Below are positions 50,281-56,912 of a stretch of 56,912 bases of DNA, piece by piece. The stretch comes from an uncultured virus (IMG/VR IMGVR_UViG_3300042514_001512) (lineage: Duplodnaviria > Heunggongvirae > Uroviricota > Caudoviricetes). The stretch lies in IMG/VR virus record IMGVR_UViG_3300042514_001512; one strand, 5' to 3'. A program made the position numbers and the translations under genes. The notes under the pieces are model-generated. The model was given only the letters and a program-made list of their open reading frames with translations, did no database searches and was not told where the DNA came from. How positions within the stretch are numbered: position 1 is the first letter of the stretch; every line of letters begins with the position of its first letter.

Positions 50281-50454
50281 TTACTTCTTATTGTAGTACT
50301 TCTCAACAACTTTCTTAATTGACTCTTGAATAGAAGAGTTATTAGTAGTTTGCCCTTGAACCTGAGCCAAAGTTTGATTTTGACTACTTTGTTGAGGGGT
50401 CGAAACTGTTTGAGGTTGAGTTTGATTTCCTTTATTTTTGCACCCGCATCCCAT
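50281..50454 (-). CDS. 57-aa MGCGCK protein, missing from the ORF track
   Basis: MGCGCKNKGNQTQPQTVSTPQQSSQNQTLAQVQGQTTNNSSIQESIKKVVEKYYNKK*; late motif upstream (50487-50494), terminator downstream. Confidence 0.7.
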   Translation of the reverse strand: MGCGCKNKGNQTQPQTVSTPQQSSQNQTLAQVQGQTTNNSSIQESIKKVVEKYYNKK

Positions 50455-50550
50455 GGTAATAATATTTAGATTTGTTTATTCTTATTTATAAATATCACCA
50501 ACTAATTTTTAATGTCAAGAAATTCAGGTTAAATTTATTTTATTTTCAAG

Positions 50551-50558
50551 TATTTATA
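50551..50558 (+). promoter_or_regulatory. Putative late promoter TATTTATA
   Basis: 3 nt before ATG 50562; divergent partner at 50487-50494. Confidence 0.6.
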
Positions 50559-50561
50559 GAC

Positions 50562-51926
50562 ATGGGAAATAAAGTAAGACTTACTGAACAAGGGTTACAA
50601 CAACTAATTAAAAGAATTGTTGAGGAAGTTGATGGTGAATATTATAAAATATCACCAGAAGAATATTTAGAACTATTAAAGTTATCGGGGTATCACGGAC
50701 AAGGAATTAGCAGATTGCCAAAGTTTAAAGGAAAACCTTTGTGGATAACCGGTGATTTAAAAATAAATAACACATCAACAGATTCTTTAGGGAATGTTGG
50801 TTATGTTGAGGGTAGTTTAGATATATCAAACACTAAGATAAGTGACATATCAAAAATTAATGTTAAAAACCATGTATGGGATGGCGGGACTCCGGTTCAA
50901 CGCAAAAGATTGGCGGCCGAATTACAAAAAAAGAAAAATGAAATGGATGTTCTTCGCGATAACGATGAATGGAACATTAATAATACAGATGATGTAGGTT
51001 TAAAAGCTAATGCCTTATTTAAATATTTAATTTCTGTCGGTTTAGATGTTTTAGATGAAGAGGACCAAGAAAAATTATCTAACTTAAAAATTGAGTTAGA
51101 TAAACTACAAGACAAATATAACAACGTTGAAGAACCTGAATTAGTTTCTGGTTTATATGATGAAATTAGTGATTTAGAGGGTGATATTGAAGGTTTAGAA
51201 AATGAAAACAATGATGTTTATATCATTTCCCCAAATCGTTATAGTACCTATGGGTTACAAAGTTTTGAAGTCTTAAGCCCTGAGTTTACAGACATGGTTT
51301 ATAGTGTTGGGACCTCTGATGAGATGGATGACGCGGCGTTAACATACGCTAAAAATTATATTGATGAGGTTGGACTTGATGGGTTTAATCGGGGTTTTAT
51401 TGATGAATACATTGATATTGATTATCTTAGAAGTTACTTTAGTGATTGGTTTGAAGATGATATACGACAAAATCCTGAAAGTTATTTCAGTGAAGATGAT
51501 TTTAAATTAACCCAAAAACAAGAAGAAGAAAAAACTAGATTAGAACAAGAGATTGAAGAATATGAAGAAAGACAAAGTAATTTAGATAGTGAAATTGAAG
51601 AACCTGATGAATATTCTAGAATGTATGACCAAATACAAGACCACATCGATTCTTTACAAGAAGAATTAGACGATATAACACCTGATGATGAACCTACTGA
51701 GGAAATGATAGAAGAACTTCTTGAAAGTAGGTTAAATGATGTTGAAGACAGTCCTATATATTATATTAAAGAATATGGTGCTGACATTAAAAATTTTATT
51801 GATGAAGACGCTTTAGCTAAAGGACTTGTTGATAGCGACGGATGGGGTGTTATGAATGGGTATGATGGAGATTATGAGGAAGTAACCGTAAATGGTCAAG
51901 ATTTTTATGTTATGAGAGTCGAGTAA
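50562..51926 (+). CDS. Acidic coiled-coil putative internal head protein
   Basis: TATTTATA at 50551 favours ATG 50562; leader MGNKVRLTEQGLQQLIKRIVEE; very D/E-rich. Confidence 0.65.
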   Translation: MGNKVRLTEQGLQQLIKRIVEEVDGEYYKISPEEYLELLKLSGYHGQGISRLPKFKGKPLWITGDLKINNTSTDSLGNVGYVEGSLDISNTKISDISKINVKNHVWDGGTPVQRKRLAAELQKKKNEMDVLRDNDEWNINNTDDVGLKANALFKYLISVGLDVLDEEDQEKLSNLKIELDKLQDKYNNVEEPELVSGLYDEISDLEGDIEGLENENNDVYIISPNRYSTYGLQSFEVLSPEFTDMVYSVGTSDEMDDAALTYAKNYIDEVGLDGFNRGFIDEYIDIDYLRSYFSDWFEDDIRQNPESYFSEDDFKLTQKQEEEKTRLEQEIEEYEERQSNLDSEIEEPDEYSRMYDQIQDHIDSLQEELDDITPDDEPTEEMIEELLESRLNDVEDSPIYYIKEYGADIKNFIDEDALAKGLVDSDGWGVMNGYDGDYEEVTVNGQDFYVMRVE

Positions 51927-51968
51927 AAGTATTCATTTATTTATAAAATTTTTGTATATTTTTAATAA

Positions 51969-52745
51969 ATGGAAAAGAAAGGAAGACATAAAAAAGTTGA
52001 GTTTATAATGGACACTGATTGGTTATTCCAAGGTATCTTAGATGCAGAACAAAAACAATACGTTTTATTAGACTATTTCCAAAAATTAAATAAACATTTG
52101 GAATTAATGGAGGTCTACCCAATGTTTATTGAACTATCACTACATTTAGGGAATATTCAAACCTTACTTAATAAAAACCAAATTTTATATACTGATAAAA
52201 AATTTTTAACTAATGATGATGAGTTAGTATTATCGGATTTAAAAGTTAAAGACATTCCTGTTCTTGCGGACGAAGAAATTGACGAGTACCATCAGATTTT
52301 AAAAAATACACAACCACAATTATTTTACTACTTTAATTTTGCAAAATCAATTTGGAGTATGGTGTATGATTCTGTCGATATTGTTGTAAAAAAAAATAAA
52401 AATAATTTTAAAAGTAATTCAGGTTTTTTTTATTTTAAATCTAAAAATATTGTTTATGTATGGCAATATACCACCAAAAAAGTTTATAGGGTTAAAAATC
52501 AAAGTAAAACAACTACAAAATTAGTTTACGAAGGACCACAAAATAATTTGACAATGTTAGAAATTATTTCTAAATTTTCTAAAACATATGAAAAGAATGA
52601 GGAAGTTAATAATCCTGTTTTTGAAATGTTTTGTAAAGATATATTTCCGCTTGAGGAAACGTTAATTCCAATCTTTAAAAGAAAAGTATTAACATATATC
52701 AGTCAAAGTGGTGGTAGTAAAAAAACGGTTAAATATATAGAATAA
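51969..52745 (+). CDS. Hypothetical protein
   Basis: 258 aa; DAEQKQYVLLDYFQ and PLEETLIPIFKR motifs. Confidence 0.6.
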   Translation: MEKKGRHKKVEFIMDTDWLFQGILDAEQKQYVLLDYFQKLNKHLELMEVYPMFIELSLHLGNIQTLLNKNQILYTDKKFLTNDDELVLSDLKVKDIPVLADEEIDEYHQILKNTQPQLFYYFNFAKSIWSMVYDSVDIVVKKNKNNFKSNSGFFYFKSKNIVYVWQYTTKKVYRVKNQSKTTTKLVYEGPQNNLTMLEIISKFSKTYEKNEEVNNPVFEMFCKDIFPLEETLIPIFKRKVLTYISQSGGSKKTVKYIE

Positions 52746-52951
52746 TGGGGCTCAAAAGTAGATTTATTGATATTGATAGCATCAATCATTACTTAGAAGG
52801 TAATGAAAAATTAGATATGTTATTTAAGGCGGATTCTTTTATTTTTATGGATGAAACTGCGTCTAAAGTTTACGAGTGGTATATTAAAAAGTTAACTGAT
52901 GAAGAAATAAAATTAAAAATCAGTGAGTATTATATAAATAAAATAAAGTAA
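52745..52951 (+). CDS. Hypothetical protein
   Basis: 68 aa; TAATG coupling. Confidence 0.55.
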   Translation: MGLKSRFIDIDSINHYLEGNEKLDMLFKADSFIFMDETASKVYEWYIKKLTDEEIKLKISEYYINKIK

Positions 52952-52956
52952 AAAAG

Positions 52957-54150
52957 ATGATAAAAATTGAATATGTATGGTTAGATGGATATGCGCCAGA
53001 ACCTAATTTAAGAAGTAAGATAAAAGTAATTGAAGGTGTGATTACTGATTTAACAAAAGTACCTGAATGGAACTTTGATGGTTCGTCAACAAAACAAGCC
53101 GAAGGATATAGTTCTGATTGTATATTAAAACCCGTTCGAATATATCGTGAGAATGATTGTTATAATAAAGTGTATGTGTTTTGTGAGGTAATGAATCCTG
53201 ACGGAACACCACACGAATCAAACCATAGAACCATGTTAGGTGACGAGGTTAATGATATGTGGTTTGGGTTTGAACAAGAATATTTTATTCAAGAGGGTAT
53301 TGGGAAATCAATATTAGGATTTAATCGAGGTCATATTGAAGGACAAGGTAAATACTATTGTGGTGTCGGTAGTAATGTTGTTGGACGACAATTAGTTGAA
53401 GAACATATGGATTTATGTTTAAATATGGGGATTGAAATTACCGGAGTTAATGCTGAAGTTGCTTTGGGACAATGGGAATATCAAGTGTTTGCTAAAGGTA
53501 AAATTAAAGCTGGTGACGATTTATGGATGTCAAGATATTTGATGGAGAAATTATCTGAAAAATACGGATATCATATTAACTACCACCCAAAACCTATTAC
53601 TGCGGGTGATTGGAATGGTTCGGGTTTACATACAAACTTTTCAACAAAAAAGATGAGAGAAGTTGGGGGTGAAGGTTATTTCAAAACACTATTCAATGCG
53701 CTTGAGTCAAGAAAAGAACAACATATTGAAGTTTACGGTTCAGATAATAATCTTAGATTAACTGGTAAACATGAGACACAATCAATCCATAAATTTAGTT
53801 GGGGGGTAAGTGACAGAGGAGCTTCAATTAGAGTTCCAAGGTTAGTTGCAGAATTATGGAAAGGGTATCTTGAAGATAGACGGCCAGCGTCCAATGCGAA
53901 CCCATACGAGGTTATCAAAGCAATTAGTGACACTATTGATATGGCTGACGAATTATCGGTTACATTAAGTAATATGTTTTCAAATGTTAATACTAAAAAC
54001 TTTGATGATTTAAAATCTAAATACAATGGAATACCGACCGCAGAAGAACTCTTAGAGGAATATAAAAATGATGATGATTATGAGTTATCTGAAAAAATGA
54101 TGGAGTCTAAAGCAAATGTTAAACCAGAGTTTATTAATAACAAAAACTAA
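52957..54150 (+). CDS. glnII: Glutamine synthetase type II
   Basis: EYVWLDG, LRSK, WNFDGSST, WFGFEQEY, QGKYYCGVG, NAEVALGQWEYQ, DWNGSGLHTNFST, RLTGKHET, DRGASIRVP, YLEDRRPASNANPY. Confidence 0.93.
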   Translation: MIKIEYVWLDGYAPEPNLRSKIKVIEGVITDLTKVPEWNFDGSSTKQAEGYSSDCILKPVRIYRENDCYNKVYVFCEVMNPDGTPHESNHRTMLGDEVNDMWFGFEQEYFIQEGIGKSILGFNRGHIEGQGKYYCGVGSNVVGRQLVEEHMDLCLNMGIEITGVNAEVALGQWEYQVFAKGKIKAGDDLWMSRYLMEKLSEKYGYHINYHPKPITAGDWNGSGLHTNFSTKKMREVGGEGYFKTLFNALESRKEQHIEVYGSDNNLRLTGKHETQSIHKFSWGVSDRGASIRVPRLVAELWKGYLEDRRPASNANPYEVIKAISDTIDMADELSVTLSNMFSNVNTKNFDDLKSKYNGIPTAEELLEEYKNDDDYELSEKMMESKANVKPEFINNKN

Positions 54151-54158
54151 TAATATAA

Positions 54159-54458
54159 ATGAAAGATAATTGTGCGTGTAACCCAATAAATGGGGGAGAT
54201 GGTAATTGCCAGTGTGTAAATTCATCTAATGTTAACATAGAAAAAGAAATGGTAAATCATCCTGACCATTACCAATTTGGTAAAAATAATGAATACGAAG
54301 CAATAAAAGTTATTGACGCTTGGGATTTAGGGTTTAGTTTAGGAAATGCAATAAAATATATTAGTCGTGCAGGAAAAAAAAGAAAAGATACAGAACTTGA
54401 AGACCTCAGAAAAGCCCTTTGGTACCTCCAACACCACATCGAAAACATCGAAAAATAA
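54159..54458 (+). CDS. DUF3310 family protein
   Basis: VNHPDHY, GFSLGNAIKYISRAGKK, EDLRKALWYL. Confidence 0.85.
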   Translation: MKDNCACNPINGGDGNCQCVNSSNVNIEKEMVNHPDHYQFGKNNEYEAIKVIDAWDLGFSLGNAIKYISRAGKKRKDTELEDLRKALWYLQHHIENIEK

Positions 54459-54762
54459 AACAGGACTTAGTAAAGAAATTTCAGTTTTAGATGCAATCAC
54501 AACACCAAGTGAATTACTACGAGAAACTTTTATAAATTTTATGTGGGGTTTTTTAGGTAATTCTATTGTCGTGTTTGTTGCAAAAGAATTGGACTTTTTA
54601 GTTTTAATAAATTATATTTTGTATTACGTTTTAATTTCGTACATTGTCAACAGAAAAAAATATGACACAATTTTAGGTAAGTTTATAGTTCTCCCTGGTT
54701 CAGCCGCGGGAGGAGCATTTGCGGGATATAAATTAGCTCAAATAATTACAGAAATAGTTTAA
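54367..54762 (+). CDS. Membrane protein (start uncertain)
   Basis: About three hydrophobic segments. Confidence 0.55.
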   Translation: MQEKKEKIQNLKTSEKPFGTSNTTSKTSKNKTGLSKEISVLDAITTPSELLRETFINFMWGFLGNSIVVFVAKELDFLVLINYILYYVLISYIVNRKKYDTILGKFIVLPGSAAGGAFAGYKLAQIITEIV

Positions 54763-54779
54763 TTAAAAAAAGATAAGAT

Positions 54780-54851
54780 ATGATAGGTAGTTTAGTGTAT
54801 GTAAGTTTGTTATTGAATGTAGTATTAATTTTAAAATTGATAAGTAAATGA
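54780..54851 (+). CDS. 23-aa hydrophobic micro-peptide
   Basis: MIGSLVYVSLLLNVVLILKLISK*; ATGA overlap with the next ORF. Confidence 0.4.
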   Translation: MIGSLVYVSLLLNVVLILKLISK

Positions 54852-54937
54852 TGATAGTAATGGGAATTTTAATTGGTGTAGCAATAGTGTTAACAACTGT
54901 GTTAGTAATGGATATTTTAATTGATATAATAATATGA
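54848..54937 (+). CDS. 29-aa hydrophobic micro-peptide
   Basis: MMIVMGILIGVAIVLTTVLVMDILIDIII*; ATGA overlaps at both ends. Confidence 0.4.
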   Translation: MMIVMGILIGVAIVLTTVLVMDILIDIII

Positions 54938-55464
54938 AATACTACAAAATTATTTTAGCTGGTAAAGGAGCAGAACTTTACCCATTTGAATTAAACACAA
55001 AACAATACGAAACTTTTCGTGATAACGGGGTAGAATTAGATGAGATGGAATGCGACGATATATGTGAAATATTAGAAGTTGAAAGTTTTTTTGATTCGCC
55101 AAACGAATCTATTATGGGGCCTTTTGCGGATTCATTTATTTTAAGAGTTGAAGATGAGGATGGAAAAGTTGTTTATGAAACAGAAGTTTTGGATATAGAA
55201 AAAATTGATTACGAAGAAAAATATTGTAGTAATAAAGCTTTTTTAATTGTTGAAAATTATTGTAAAGGTGAACAAGTAATTTATGATATACCACTTGAAG
55301 AAGATTTTGATATTGATAAATTAAGATTAAAAGTCTATGATGTTGGTTGTAGAGTCGAAGTAGTAAATGAAATTATATATGATGAAAAATCATATGAAAT
55401 TTATAAATCATATGGTGATACAACGAGTAAAGGATTTAATTATCATTTAACAGCAGGAATTTAA
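54934..55464 (+). CDS. Acidic hypothetical protein
   Basis: 176 aa; ends GDTTSKG... Confidence 0.6.
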   Translation: MKYYKIILAGKGAELYPFELNTKQYETFRDNGVELDEMECDDICEILEVESFFDSPNESIMGPFADSFILRVEDEDGKVVYETEVLDIEKIDYEEKYCSNKAFLIVENYCKGEQVIYDIPLEEDFDIDKLRLKVYDVGCRVEVVNEIIYDEKSYEIYKSYGDTTSKGFNYHLTAGI

Positions 55465-55469
55465 AAATT

Positions 55470-56318
55470 ATGGAAACAGGAAGAATAATAAATGGTGATT
55501 GTATTAAGATAATGAAAACATTATCTGAAGGGTGTATTGATTTGGTTGTGACATCACCACCATATAATTGTGGAATTAAATATGATACCCACATAGATGA
55601 CTTACCTATGAATGAATATTGGAGTTGGACAAGAGAATGGTTAACAGAAACTTACCGATTGATTAAAGATGACGGTAGAGTTTCAATTAACATTCCCTAC
55701 GAAGTGAATGTTCAAGATAGAGGAGGTAGAGTATTTTTTGTTTCAGAATTTTATCAAATAATGAAAGAGGTTGGATTTAAATTCTTTGGAATTGTAGATT
55801 TAGAAGAAGATTCTCCACACAGAAGTAAGACAACCGCATGGGGTTCTTGGATGAGTCCCAGTTCTCCATATATTTATAATCCAAAAGAATGTGTAATATT
55901 AGCATATAAAAAACAACACATTAAAAAAGTTAAAGGTGAACCAGAGTGGAAAGGAGTCCCAACTGAGATTGAACAGGAAGACGGGACATTAAAGAAAAAA
56001 ATTGTATATGAGGAAAAAGATAAGAAAGAGTTTATGGAACTTGTATTTGGTCAGTGGAATTACTTTGCAGATACTAAATCACTCACCAAGGCAACTTTCT
56101 CAATGGACATACCAACAAAGGCGATTAAGATATTGTCCTACAAAAACGATGTAGTTCTTGACCCATTTGCGGGTTCAGGTACTAGTTTGGTAGCGGCAGA
56201 GATATTAGATAGAAGATGGTTAGGTATAGAATTAAGTGAAAATTATACTAAAGTTGCTCAAAAAAGAGTACAAGACTTTGTTGACCGAAAAAAACAAATT
56301 AAAATAGAATTCAAATAA
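55470..56318 (+). CDS. DNA methyltransferase, N4/N6 beta class (SPPY suggests N4-cytosine)
   Basis: GDC, VTSPPY, VLDPFAGSGT, GIEL. Confidence 0.9.
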   Translation: METGRIINGDCIKIMKTLSEGCIDLVVTSPPYNCGIKYDTHIDDLPMNEYWSWTREWLTETYRLIKDDGRVSINIPYEVNVQDRGGRVFFVSEFYQIMKEVGFKFFGIVDLEEDSPHRSKTTAWGSWMSPSSPYIYNPKECVILAYKKQHIKKVKGEPEWKGVPTEIEQEDGTLKKKIVYEEKDKKEFMELVFGQWNYFADTKSLTKATFSMDIPTKAIKILSYKNDVVLDPFAGSGTSLVAAEILDRRWLGIELSENYTKVAQKRVQDFVDRKKQIKIEFK

Positions 56319-56343
56319 AAAGGTTATTACGACCTTTTTATTT
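56316..56343 (+). terminator. Intrinsic terminator
   Basis: TAAAAAGGT-tattacg-ACCTTTTTA followed by T residues. Confidence 0.65.
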
Positions 56344-56375
56344 GTTTTATAGATATTTATTAATAAAATAAAAAA

Positions 56376-56912
56376 ATGGTTAACATCTTAATAACTGAAA
56401 GACAACTTGCTTTAATTACTAAAAACCAATCATTAAAAAATACGGAATCTCTTAATGAGTCTGAATGGTATAATACTGCTTTTGATATTGCAGGTATTTT
56501 TGACCCAACAGGGACTATTGACCTTGTAAATGGAGTTAGTTATTGGAATCAAGGTGATAAGTTATTTGCTATATTATCTTGGATTTCGGTTGTTCCATAT
56601 GTAGGGGACGTTTTAGCCAAACCTGTTGTTGGAGTACTAAAGGCTGGTGGTAAAGCTACAAGTGCATTTAGAGGAGCCGTAGCTGCCGGTGACGCAGTTA
56701 AAATTGCAAAAACCGCTAAAGTTGCTGGAGGACCAATTGCTAAAATGGTTGAGAGTGCGCCTACTTGGGGTGGTAAATTATTACAAATATTAAAAGCTGC
56801 CGTTGGTAAAGTACCTGGAATTGGTGGACCATTAGTAAGAGCGGTTGAAGAATTTGTTGGTATTTTTACTAAAGCAAGTAAAGAGATTAAGTTACCATCA
56901 ACTATTACTAAA
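56376..56912 (+). CDS. Late protein with pre-toxin TG-like domain (3'-truncated; not in ORF track)
   Basis: MVNILITERQLALITKNQ...SLNESEWYNTAFDIAGIFDPTGTIDLVNGVSYWNQGDKLFAILSWISVVPYVGDVLAK; open to the window end; TATTTATT at 56354. Confidence 0.65.
   Translation, partial: MVNILITERQLALITKNQSLKNTESLNESEWYNTAFDIAGIFDPTGTIDLVNGVSYWNQGDKLFAILSWISVVPYVGDVLAKPVVGVLKAGGKATSAFRGAVAAGDAVKIAKTAKVAGGPIAKMVESAPTWGGKLLQILKAAVGKVPGIGGPLVRAVEEFVGIFTKASKEIKLPSTITK

Noticed and set aside
22578..50561. ORF-track upstream starts at 22578, 37406, 42632, 50472 and the ORF at 45293
   Set aside because: These extensions run through promoter-like or intergenic sequence; downstream ATGs (22614, 37475, 42677, 50562, 45322) fit motifs and promoters better.
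213..54026. Many 60-160 aa alternative-frame or antisense ORFs nested in larger genes (e.g. 213-536, 29931-30410, 35408-35851, 37990-38403, 53733-54026)
   Set aside because: Fully nested in well-supported genes, atypical composition, no motifs.
1..56912. Stop-codon reassignment (TAG/TGA recoding seen in some large phages)
   Set aside because: Standard code gives full-length, tightly packed genes with intact motifs. TGA is used as a stop in ATGA overlaps. TAG is rare (one case noticed, at 25286, followed by TAA) but no gene appears broken by it.
1..56912. Eukaryotic giant virus or cellular chromosome origin
   Set aside because: Sigma factor, amidase-like gene, baseplate motifs, operonic overlaps and the absence of ribosomal or housekeeping operons favour a bacteriophage, despite eukaryote-like LRR, mucin and GT features.

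Overview
AT-rich (~30% GC by eye), densely coding segment of a large tailed dsDNA bacteriophage (jumbo/huge-phage-like). Several independent signals point to a Bacteroidota host: a Bacteroidota-type sigma70 homolog, TTTG-N19/20-TAnnTTTG promoters, A-rich SD-less starts, SprB repeats, an Hc1-like histone H1 protein and a type II glutamine synthetase. Positions 1-22.5 kb are a baseplate/tail/fibre module of Cys-rich proteins with Pro/Thr mucin- or extensin-like stalks, with a glycosyltransferase inside it whose motifs resemble plant protein O-glycosyltransferases (GT95/GT96). 22.6-33.3 kb carries primase, a PD-(D/E)XK nuclease, cysteine synthase, Mre11/Rad50 and a sigma factor. 33.3-39 kb holds lysis-like genes and putative head/internal proteins. 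39-56.9 kb is accessory: Hc1-like protein, DnaJ, two DNA methyltransferases, an LRR protein, DUF932, PcfJ-like, thioredoxins, a degenerate SAM-synthetase-like protein, GlnII, DUF3310 and a truncated pre-toxin-TG-like protein. The best candidate for a new system is phage-encoded O-glycosylation of mucin-like virion proteins. Next are a set of late-expressed proteins sharing a putative capsid-targeting leader, and a MetK pseudo-enzyme. All calls come from motif recognition only; no searches were run. No tRNA, rRNA or CRISPR array was recognised.
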